A DNA stretch of 64,000 bases from Eledone cirrhosa (lineage: Eukaryota): assembly GCA_964016885.1 (NCBI GenBank), contig OZ024742.1, forward strand, positions 325,438,001 through 325,502,000, read 5' to 3'. A program made the position numbers and the translations under genes. The notes below the pieces were generated by a model. The model worked only from the letters and a program-made list of their open reading frames with translations. It was not told the origin of the DNA and ran no database searches. How positions within the stretch are numbered: the stretch's first letter is position 1; each line of letters opens with the position of its first letter. Of the stretch, positions 51,957 to 64,000 are shown piece after piece.

Positions 51957-52101
51957 ATACTTGGGGAGGGTCATATATGTGTAATATTGCCAGAATTAAT
52001 AACAGAACACACTCACTGTTTGGTTGCTTTTCGCTTTTCGCTTCATATCAAAAACCTCGCAAAACTAATTCATCGCCGTTATATATATATATATATATAT
52101 A

Positions 52102-52292
52102 CGGTGGTGGATTTGCAGTATTGGTAGAGGGTCGGACGCCATGCTTTGACGCATAGAGTTACGGTCCTTGCCATTCTGAGTTCAAATCCTGCCGAGGTTA
52201 ACTTTGCCTTTCATCCTTACGGAGTTGATAATATAAAGTACCAGTAATACACTGAGTATTTGCTGGCCTTGTGCCTAACGTAGAAACAGTTA
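52102..52292 (+). mobile_element. Full-length tRNA-SINE
   Basis: A-box-like TTGCAGTATTGG, B-box GAGTTCAAATCC, central GCCTTTCATCC domain and GGCCTTGTGCC tail. Confidence 0.88.
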
Positions 52293-52508
52293 TATATATA
52301 TACAGATGTGAGAAAAACCACAGACCCTCGATCTCAACTCTACTTTTGAAAAGCAGAAGAACTGCGAAACCGGTACAGGAACCAAATAAATATATATCTT
52401 TTTTTTAAAATAAGACTCCAGTTGCATTTTCTATTTCATCTTTTTTTCTTTATACTTTCACTCGTGTAGGACACCTCGGTTATTTTTCATTTTGTAAAAA
52501 ATCCTCAC

Positions 52509-52541
<33 letters not shown>

Positions 52542-52925
52542 GTAATAATAATAAAATTGAAGACTAAAATCCAAAGAGGGCTCGATAAGGATACATATAT
52601 ATCAGATATATAAGAACCGTAGAGCAAATATTTATTAAAATAACAGATTAAAGTTTAAGCGAAGAATCGCTGCTTTCACCCTTAACGGGATCTCTGTTTC
52701 ATCTTAAGGGATATATATATATATATGTATTTATATATATATATAGGGGTCCAGAAATACCCGTCGAAACGGCTGGAGCTCTGCCGTCGGCGTCCTGAAT
52801 TTTTCCTACTACCCAAAGTAGCGAGTACTCTGGTGCGTTTTATGCCACCAGGTTCGTTACCACACTTGTTTTTATCTGTTATTTTAATATATATATATAT
52901 ATATACATATATATATAATATATAT

Positions 52926-53761
52926 AATTGAGATAAGCGGAGCAAGTAAAATTCAAACAATTTCTTAAAATAAATTAACAAATATAATTTAAATATTTAC
53001 CTAATCCATTTGCTTTTACCGATGGTTTCACCTTACAAAAGATTGGAGATTCTAGGGATCTCCAATGGAAATGTTCGGATCATCAGAGAGCATTTTCCCT
53101 TCCTAGGACAGAAGTCACAAGAACGGCAAAATATATTGCCACCTGCCAGCTAGCACAGGATCGAATGAGGCCGTAAACTTGACCTATGCATGAACTAGCC
53201 CTTAGTAGAAGCAGGAAGTAAACATAGACGTGTTGTCTATCACGCCACTAAAATAGCAGCTAAATAAAACAACAGATTTGTTCTCTACATAATGGAGAAA
53301 ATATAAAAGGAGATTAATATCCCCACAGGTACTAAGTACCCCTGGAAATATATAGGGTGTCTATGATACGTTTACTTCCTGCTTCTTCTAAGGGCTGGTT
53401 CATGGTATAGGTCAAGTTTACGGCCTCATTCGATCCTGTGCTAGCTGGCAGGTGGCAATATATTTTGCCGTTCTAGGAAGGGAAAATGCTCTCTGATGAT
53501 CCAAACATTTCCATTGGAGATCCCTAGGATGTCCAATCTTTTGTAAGGTGAAACCATCGGTAAAAACAAATGGATTAGGTAAATATTTAAATTATTTTTT
53601 ATTTATTCATTTTAAGAAATTGTTTAAATTTTACTTGCTCCGCTTATCTCAATTTTTATAGTTCTGGTATGTCAAATTAATACCATGGAACAACCACTGT
53701 ATCATAGACACCCTATATATTTCCAGGGGTACTTAGTACCTGTGGGGATATTAATTACCTT

Positions 53762-53766
<5 letters not shown>
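52926..53766. mobile_element. Interleaved inverted-repeat unit X-Y-Z-X'-W-Z' with a hammerhead-like motif
   Basis: X 52926-53223 pairs with X' 53370-53654, and Z 53302-53369 with Z' 53699-53766. CTGATGA at 53493-53499, GAAA at 53550-53553, then CCATCGG-TA. (TA)n on both sides. Confidence 0.8.
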
Positions 53767-53802
<36 letters not shown>

Positions 53803-53897
53803 CAAGTTAATATAAATTAATATATTTGATAAACACAAATACCAACATATCCATGTCTGTATTGTAAATGACTAAGTTATGACTGTATATATATATG

Positions 53898-53929
<32 letters not shown>

Positions 53930-53980
53930 ATACACATATATATATGGAGAATAGGATGGGTGTGTAGTTGCTAGTTATGT

Positions 53981-54161
53981 TAGGCTTAAAAATGGAATGA
54001 GAATAAGAAGAAAGCAAGAACGGGGGGTCCTCATCAATTGTCTACTGGGGGGTTTCGGATATTTCATCGCTTTTGAAATATCCAGTAGACAACTGATGAG
54101 GAAAACTCACCCCTCCCTCCACCGTTCTTGCTTACTTATTCTCATTCCATTTTTAAGCCTA
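53981..54161. repeat. ~180-bp nested fold-back
   Basis: TAGGCTTAAAAATGGAATGAGAATAAG../..CTTATTCTCATTCCATTTTTAAGCCTA; TCCTCATCAATTGTCTACTGG/CCAGTAGACAACTGATGAGGA; GGATATTTCA/TGAAATATCC. Confidence 0.88.
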
Positions 54162-55954
54162 TATATATATATATATATACAAAAATACAGGTGAAGAGGC
54201 ACTTTGTGTGTGTATATGAGTGCGTTTGTATGCCAGTTCGTTCGTGATAATGTATTTTGGCCGGTCAGTAGCATGGTGTTATAGTATTTTCCTTAAAATA
54301 TACACATATTCCCATACTGGAAAAATGTCCTTTTTATTATAGCGATGTGATGAGTAAGAGAGTTTGATCAGTGAAAATAAATATTGCGCCTATCTTTATA
54401 TTGAGTACTTTTTTTCTGTTGAGTAAAACTATGGCTATCTCAATGAATGCTCAGCACTATTGATCTATAACAACGAGCTATTGGCTAAAACTTTGCTGCT
54501 ACTCACACTTACAGGTGGAACTGAACACATTGTGGCAAATTAAGCCTAAACTTCTGTATTTTACAGTGTTATTCTTCGTACACTGGTACCCATTGCTGCT
54601 CTACGGTTCCTATTTTTATCTAAAGTGACACCATGATTTGATACGAAAACCTATCCTATAACAGTACTTCTAATTCTCTGTTCTTTTTACCTTAAATTCT
54701 CTCTGGTCTCTCTCTATTTCTTTTGGTCTTTCTTTCTCTCTCTCTATCTCTCTATCTATCTGTATATATATATATGTGTGTGTGTGTGTACGTCTCTCTC
54801 TCTCTCCCTCCCTCCCTCTCTCTCTCCCTCTCTCCCTCTCTCTCTCCCTCTCTCTCTATCTCTCTCTTTTTCTATCTCTCTATTGTGTCTGTGACTCTCT
54901 CTTACTCTCTCTCCCCCTCTCTTTCTTACCCTGTCTCATGCAACACCCTGAAGGTGTATTTATTAGTGATAAAATCGAAAGAGAAATCGCGTACAATCAT
55001 TTTCATATACACAGACAAAATGTATAAAAAAAGTTAAAACAACTAATGTCCCAGAATATTATGTTACTTCTGTGATCTTAATTCTCTCTTTCTTCTCTCA
55101 TTTTTCAAATATGTAATAAACATACACCCTCTCTATCTTTATATAGTTCATATACATTTTTTTTTTCATTTGGTCTTTTTTTTATCATTTGCCATCTTCG
55201 AATCTCTTCCAATTTATATTATACATTACGCATTTTTTCTTCTACAGACGAAATTACAGCAGCTTTCATTTTTGCTTTATAGCTCCCGTTACTGGAATGT
55301 ATACGTTCATCCAATTATATTTTATGCATTTTAAATATAGTCATAGAGTTTTACTTATATTTTCATAGCTCTTCACAGATGTTATCGCTTTTCAATGCCC
55401 ACTTAGTTTTACTTTCTTTTCTAACATAAAATAAAGTAAATATATTTCAGTGTGAAAATATACTTGCTGATGAATATATTTCGACGATGAATGAAAAAGC
55501 ACCTAAAAATGTATACAAAGTGTGACGTACTAATTTCGTATCTGATCTTAAAAAGATTCAATTTGCTTTTCATCAGTACATGTAGTATGATATAAATTGT
55601 TAGTAGTACAATTCTGATGAAATAATAGAGGCATATATTAACCTTATACAATATGATTATGTATTATAAACATACATAAGTCTCGCTATAGTTCTTTCAA
55701 TGGGTGATCATAGCAAAGTTACATTAGTAGGCGTGTGGGAAAGACAGATCATTTTTGAGGTTCATTAATCTTCAGTAACGTTCAATCACTTGGTGCAGAT
55801 GCAAGACTCAGCTTCGGCTGACATATATTGCTAATATAAAAGAATCACTCGAGTTACACAGTTCCATATAGAGTGTCTTTCACAGGCTGCCTTTAATTAG
55901 CAAAATCACAAATATAGAGTGTTCAATGATAGAGGCGTATTTAAAATGTGTTTA

Positions 55955-56908
55955 TCTGTATATTTATATATAATTAAGTATGTAAATGTGGTGTGTGTGT
56001 GTCTGTGTATTACCTATAGGAGCCTACATCTTACGACTGATTTTCATGAATCTTTACAGGTTCATCGATTAGTCATCGGGGAGTATTTTCTATATATCAG
56101 CGTTTTTATTATCAGTTTTTATCAGTTCTTTTATTCCGGGGTCATTCTGCAGATGAAAATCGATAGGGAGGTCACCTTTTTTTAGGTATCGAAAAATAAG
56201 ATTTTTGGCTCTAGCTCCCACATTTTGCCACCGATTTCGTTCAAATTTTAAAGCAAAATAGAATTTAGTATTACACATCCTGTAATTGCTTTGTATTGTG
56301 CATTTATTGTTCAGAGACGGCGTGGTAGCCGCTTAAATATTCAAAAATAGCACTTTTAGACTCAAATTTCCACTTTTTCATCTCTAGCTCCCACATTAAT
56401 CAACTTACTTTGTACAGATTTTACACTACGCTAGATCTGATTATTTCACTTCTTAAAGTGGCTTTACATGGATTTGTTGTTGAGGAACTGCGTGGCAGCC
56501 GCTTAAATATTCGAAAATACCACCTTTTCGCTCAAATTTCCGCCTTTTCGGCTCTAGCTCCCACATTTTTCAACCGATTTCGTTCAAATTCGAAACTTCG
56601 GCTCCACCTCACACATAAATAAATTTATTTGGTTCAACTTTTATACTACGATAGAACCTATCATTGCACATCTTATAGTAGCTTTACACTTTGCATTTTT
56701 TGTTCAGGGACGGCGTGGTAGCCGTTAAACTCTTCAAAATACGATTTTTTCCACCTCCCACATATTCCATTATATTTCACTCAACATTTCGCCATTTGCT
56801 ACACCTTACGACCGATTTTCAAGAAACTCGCAGTCACTGAGATCAACACCTTTTCATCAAAGCAGATATTATTTTACCTACCCAGGCAACGCTGGGTACT
56901 GTTGCTAG
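55955..56908 (+). mobile_element. Non-autonomous Helitron-like element
   Basis: A|TC 5' end, 3' hairpin ACCCAGGCAACGCTGGGT followed by CTAG|T, no TSD. Internal tandem subrepeats (CTCTAGCTCCCACATT x3, GCGTGG(T/C)AGCCG x3). Confidence 0.8.
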
Positions 56909-58639
56909 TGTATAATAAAGCAAAGTTAATTTAGTCGTTTGGACATTCATTTTACAGACATAGTACCAGGTAGATTATTCATTGCTAGTTTCCCACATTC
57001 TCAAGTACTTCAATGTTGAATTGCCACCGGAAAAAAAAATATTTGTAATTATTTTGGTTATATGTATGTTATAATTTTGTAGAGAGAAGAGACACGGTAT
57101 ACTTCTCCCAGATACAATGCACTGATGGCGACAGCATACTTATTATCCATCGCATCTTGCGAGCATCTAGATCAGTGATTCTTAAAATTTCAAGTTCCAC
57201 GCACTACCGCGATGCATGAAACATATTGGTCCCGCCAAAATTAAAAATCAATACGTTCTGCTTTAAAAGTATATGAAATAAATATTAGATAAACTATCAA
57301 CTAAGAGTCACCTACTCCCACAAAAATAAAAGAATTTGAACAACTACCATTCGCCTATCGCATTGAAACCACCGACTATAGAGCATGAGTCTCACGCACA
57401 ACATTATATTTTGAGCGTTTTCCTCAATATTAATCTTCCTGGAAGATGCCTTGTTGAGGTCAATATCAGTCGGGTGAATGGTAACGTGACAGTCTATAGT
57501 AGACAAGCGTTTCTTTCTTTTTATTATAGATGCAAATCGACTTGGTGCATTGGTGTTGCTATACGACTTTGTGAAACCAATAATCCAATAACTTATAATG
57601 TCAGTGCATATCCTGTTTCAAAACAAAGTTATTCTCAAATAGATTAGTTAATAGAATACCAAGTGATATTATGTAATTCTACTGTTATTTCTATACTGAA
57701 AATCATTGCCTACATTAGTGTATATACGCAATGTGATGGATGTTTATTTACTAAACACATATATCAGTATTTCATTTCCATTAATTTTTCTCATATTCAA
57801 ATAATAATGTGTTGGTATTAAGAATTCAGACATGTATTTCAATCATGGCCATATGTACGTGATTGGAAAGGCGACTAACGCATCTGTGACTGTTATGCAT
57901 ATCGATCACTCTCCTAAGTGTACATGAATTTCCTATTCTTCTGACACAGCAGACCTATAATCAAGGACTTTCCAATCATGAGATTTCAATTTTCTGTTTT
58001 GACATAAAGTAAGTTGCGAATTCGAAAGTTACATTATATAGATGTCATCCCTCTATTAATAATACAATAGGGTGTGATATGAACGATATATACAAGCTAA
58101 ATTGAGCAAGATCAAGACACCTCCAGTATTCATTTATAGGAATGTATTATTTATTTTACAATAAGTGCCTTTATTCTCAAAGTGTACATAGACATGTATT
58201 ATGTTTGCATTGGAATAAATAACATGGTCTCACTCGCCTTATAATAAGAAGAGTGACACCATGATTTTAATATCTAATGGATGAGGACTCTGACCGCCTA
58301 CAAAACAAAATCAACAATGACTAAACAATTCAAATTGCCTATAGAAAGATCCGTTGCAGAATGTTTCATAAAATTGTTTATCAGAGATTCTTTAACTAAC
58401 ATGTAGTACAGTTATCACCATAGACCAAAACAACACAAAAATACAATTCTTTTTGTGAGTACTTTAATATATATGTAACGGACGTAACGTTGCCGAACAA
58501 CGGAGCAATATTTTAATTATATCAGAGCTTACTGAAAAGCACACGGGCGAGTAAACGCGTTGATTGCATATCTGAGGCATGCTTATTGTAAAATGTATAG
58601 GTATATTTGTAAATATATATATATATACATACACACACA

Positions 58640-58773
<134 letters not shown>

Positions 58774-58909
58774 AACAAAGATAATAGTGGGTAGACAGCG
58801 AATCCATTTCAGAGAATGAGTTGATTTCTCAAACTATAAAATGGCGACAATTCGGCACTTTATGTAAAACAACAGTCACCACCCAAACCCAGAAAACCCA
58901 GCCTATATT

Positions 58910-59760
<851 letters not shown>

Positions 59761-60105
59761 TGTGTGTGTTTATACATATCTTCTTCTGCGGTTATCAGTT
59801 AACATACACCCACATACAGACACATATATACATGTAAGTATGTATTGATTTTGTATATTATATGTGTATATAATTATATGTATTCAGATAAACTCAAAAG
59901 CACATATGAAGCGAATTATTTAACTGCGGGACATTACTTTATTTAGACATATATTTATATATTTTTGTATGTGGGTATATCTTTCTTTATATCTCATATC
60001 TTTTCGTTCCCACTCTCGCTATCTCTCTATATACATACAAACAGACATACATACATACACACACATACACCCCCCCACACACACATATATATATATGTAT
60101 ATATC

Positions 60106-60143
<38 letters not shown>

Positions 60144-60301
60144 TATATTAATATGTGTAGAAGTAAACACAGTAAAGCCGTGTCTAAAATTACTAGGGTA
60201 GTTTACACCGCAAATGTTATATATCATTCAACCTGAATCATATGAGAAGTTACATGATTTCTTACAAGATTTCTCATACATACCATATCAATAACCATTT
60301 C

Positions 60302-60384
60302 ATCTCCCGGACAGACTAAAGATTTCGCCCTGAATGAATCCTGTTTGTAACAAGTAATCCGTAGGCATTTCGTCAGCGAGAGAT
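60302..60384 (-). ncRNA. Hammerhead ribozyme-like motif
   Basis: ATCTCTCG-CTGACGA-aatGCC..GGC-GAAA-..GTC^CGGGAGAT: 8-bp stem I, but stem II is offset by 3 nt and stem III is weak. Confidence 0.55.
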
Positions 60385-60496
60385 AAGACTAAATGTTACA
60401 TAACACGTATAACAATAAACTCACTAAAGTTTACACCTCGTGCGTAGAAAGTCATATGCGGTGCGAGTGGTTATGCTAGAAATAATAGCCTATTTA

Positions 60497-60666
60497 CACT
60501 CATTTGTATAAGCTCAACAGATAAGGAGCCGAAATACAAATAAAATATAGAGTTATTAACTCATATAGATACCCTGCAATTAACAAGCTCATATCTATAT
60601 GATTTAATAACTCTATATTTTATTTGTATTTCGGTTCCTTATCTGTTGAACTTATAAAAATGAGTG
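60497..60666. repeat. Inverted repeat, ~75-bp arms with ~20-bp spacer
   Basis: CACTCATTT..TCATATAGATA / TATCTATATGA..AAATGAGTG. Confidence 0.9.
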
Positions 60667-60810
60667 GAAGAAACATTACAAATGCTGTTTTCGAAGGACC
60701 AACTCCTAAACAAGAAAGACGAACTGGTAACCGCATGCAAACCCAGATTGCGTAGGACTTACCTCGCCCTCAAACCCTATAACGACCCGGGTGGTAGACA
60801 AGGGCTGATA
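60666..60810 (+). mobile_element. Penelope-like element ORF 3' end (GIY-YIG C-terminus)
   Basis: EETLQMLFSKDQLLNKKDELVTACK..DPG matches the E..I...LLN.R.EL...C.H pattern. Confidence 0.55.
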
Positions 60811-61667
60811 CCCCCCCCCACCAAACACACACTTGCCGAATAAGTTAGGGGAAACCCCAGCTTACATAGGTAGATGTATCTCTTTTCTTTTCCTCTTTGT
60901 CTTCTTCTTCCCCCTGTCTCATCCTATCACTTCCTTCCACCCCCTATTTTCTTCCTCGTCGCTTTTCCCCTTTCGCCTACCCCGATGCAGCCCATCGGGC
61001 CTCTGTAGCATCAATTCCCGCATCCCTGTAATTTTAAGGTAGAATTGGCCGAATACGTTTTACTAACTACTTATAGCAGATGTGTTAGACCCCTTTAATT
61101 TTGTATCAGTTTTGTTACTACTCAATTTCCACAAGTTTTTTCTATTCTCAACTTATTAATCTGCAATTGTAAGATAGCATTGTGATTTTTTTTATTCATT
61201 TCTCACTATCTAATTTTATATATTTTTTTATTTCTTTCTATTATCTTTTATTGTCTCCTACTCGCCACATGCCAGTTCTTTCTCTCACCTTTCTCTCACC
61301 TTTCTCACACCTTTCTCTCACCTTTCTCTCGATGAGTTATGAGAATCATCGTTAAGTGACATCAACAATTCTGCCTGTTTTTCGGATAGGAACTGCTAGT
61401 CGGTACAATAACATTACATATGCAGTAATTTCTTAAGCTACTTTCTTTACAATTTTAAAATTCATGAGATCAAATTATAGCAAAATTAACTCCTTAATAA
61501 TTTCAACTGCAATATCTATCTGTCTATCTTTATATATACAGACATAAACACACACATAAACACACACATAAACACACACATGCACACGCATACGCACACG
61601 CACCCACACACAAACACACACAAACACACACACACACACACACACACATACACACACAGACACACAG

Positions 61668-61743
<76 letters not shown>

Positions 61744-63227
61744 CTCAGCGACGGATGCTGGAAATGTATAACTACAGATAAAATGATTGATTAGACCCTT
61801 AATTGAATTTCTCCGTGATAGATTGCCAGGCTGATTATTTTGTCATATATTTAGTTTTTCACGGAACGCTTATAAAGTATGTTCTTAATTCATAAACGTT
61901 GTGTTTTCATATATATAATGGAAAATAGAGAAAAAAGTGGAATGTGTGTGAAATATAGAAATTTGTGCTGATGTGGCATTTCAATTTATTTCTATAAAAT
62001 TTTGTATATATGCATAACGATATATATTCTTGTATGATATTAATAAATAAAGTTATTTTGTTTGTGTCCATAAATTCACAAAAACATTTAATCAGGCGCC
62101 GACATACTTACATAATTATATACATAGCTACATACATACACAGATAAATAAATACATACATACAAACATACATACATCCAAACACATATGTAATATATAT
62201 ATATGATAAAGAGTCAGAACCCTACGGTTGAGCTCTTGCTGTCTCAACACCTAGCCTGGAACTAGGGAGTAGAACGTGTCTGGTTTGCTAGGACTCAGTG
62301 CTAGTTAAACGTGTGTGTTTTCTTGTGGGATTAATTACAACTATATGGATTTAAGAGACAAGAGGAGGAATAGATGGGTTTTATCCATCTCACTATATTA
62401 ACCACTGGGAATTATTCAATTCTAGCTGGTTGAAAATACTGGGACCTTATTTTTTTAATGGAATCTCTGTTTTGTGGAGGTGACCGATCCTAAAATCCAT
62501 GACTTTGATGATGTGTCTAAAGTTATTGAGGCTTTACTTTTGTGGGTGAAATGTTTGCAATATGTGAAGAAAATATCAATGTTTTCTAAAATTTGACTAT
62601 GATTCAGATGGTTATCATATTGCGTATATGATATCTTAAACCTACATATACGTCATGAACATCTGAAAAGAAATTGAGCTTAAAGAAGATAAATTCCGTT
62701 AGATATACAACGAATAATTTTAATTTTATTTTTATATATAGGAACACACCAGCCTGTTTCTAAGATCAATTATTCCCGTTGTAATTTGCATTCATAGTAT
62801 CTATTAACCAGCCAATGTAAAGTAGTGTCATATTAAAATCAAAATATCTTAAAATGAATCCTTTATGAGTTATCATCTGGTCAACACCAGTGTAATTGTA
62901 ATAAAGAAATATATATAAAGTTACATTTATTTTACTAACTTCACTGGGAATGAAGTCATACTAAATAGTAGATTCTAGAAGGAGAATTGATTTATGCAGC
63001 TGTCATTATTTCTATTAACAACTAAATACCTGAGAATATACCAATTAATTATCCATGACCTATCAAATAATATATTCGAAAATGTGTGTACATGATGTCT
63101 ACATATTTTACCAATGTTAGAGTTGCCTTCTTGCACACTGAAAAATTATGATCAATGGAATTAGATATTACTTTTAAACTATCATATACACACAAAAAAC
63201 ATCTATAGATAATATATTAAGGATATC

Positions 63228-63395
63228 TGATTTAGGCACATCGCCAACAATTTGGGGGGAGCGGAAAGTGAATGAAATCGACCCCAACGCGTTACTGGTA
63301 CTTCATTTTTTCGACACTATAAGTTTGGGGATTTTAACTCAGAACATGCTATATGCCACAAAGCATGTTGTTCGACGTTCTTCCGTTACTGGTAA
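63228..63395 (-). mobile_element. Degraded tRNA-SINE
   Basis: TTAGGCACA..ATCGACCCC..ACTGGTACTT..GGGATTTTAACTCAGA. Confidence 0.6.
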
Positions 63396-63825
63396 TGAGA
63401 TATTGAAATCCTAAACTTCTTGATCCTCCATATAATGGTTCACATTCTCTGTTGGCTATCATTCACATCATTTAAGGGGAAAAAACATCTGAAAAATATA
63501 TGACTTGCTTACCATGTAGTGAGCGGTTTTAATCGTTGAATATAAGTAACGGGAACTAATTTCTAAGAGTTTCCTTGCAGATCAGATACGTAAAATACAA
63601 AAAAAAGGAAATGTATTATAAAGTGTACTATGCGTTGTTATTTTAACAAAAGGTTTTATTGAGTTTTCTACAATTCCACACAACACACGTTTTCACATAA
63701 ACTTGCATTAAGTGCTACACACACATGTAAAAGAAACATCGTTTTTCTTAATATATATACATTCTACCACTCCACCGATTGTTCATTTTAGTACCACCAC
63801 CAGTAATTCACTGAATCACATACCC

Positions 63826-64000
<175 letters not shown>

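Larger units (their letters stand above)
51496..52886. repeat. Dispersed fragments of one small repeat family in both orientations between (TA)n tracts
   Basis: 51501-51560 resembles 52541-52600 (direct). 51568-51705 resembles the reverse complement of 52742-52868. Confidence 0.75.

Noticed and set aside
52102-52195. tRNA gene
   Set aside because: The A/B boxes belong to a multi-copy SINE head, with no complete cloverleaf.
57312-57647. ~100 codons open on both strands, with a possible minus-strand acceptor (TTTTGAAACAG near 57613)
   Set aside because: No recognisable domain or partner exon. It cannot be supported as a host exon without RNA data.

Overview
Eukaryotic, repeat-dominated DNA. 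The tRNA-derived SINE family resembles those I recall from octopod cephalopods, which is an inference. No host protein-coding gene is recognisable. (1) Positions 1-35,922 are a solid array of 12 non-LTR retrotransposon copies or fragments from three families. Family A is Tx1/L1-clade (zinc-knuckle ORF1, APE-RT-CCHC ORF2). Families B and C are two distinct R4/Dong-clade elements (RT-CCHC-RLE). Every visible junction is a short (TAA)n/(TTA)n tract. Polarity is strict: Dong-like copies are always sense to the TAA strand and Tx1 copies are always sense to the TTA strand. The whole array flips polarity at a 0.9-kb fold-back Penelope-type GIY-YIG relic (18,195-19,090). Copies within a family share inactivating lesions. 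(2) Positions 36-64 kb are AT-rich, with (TA)n/(CA)n microsatellites, tRNA-SINEs, a non-autonomous Helitron, and CRE and RTE fragments. They also hold a series of small (TA)n-flanked fold-back or permuted units carrying type I hammerhead ribozyme motifs (Penelope pLTR/retrozyme-like). All analysis was by eye, and coordinates of degenerate repeats are approximate.
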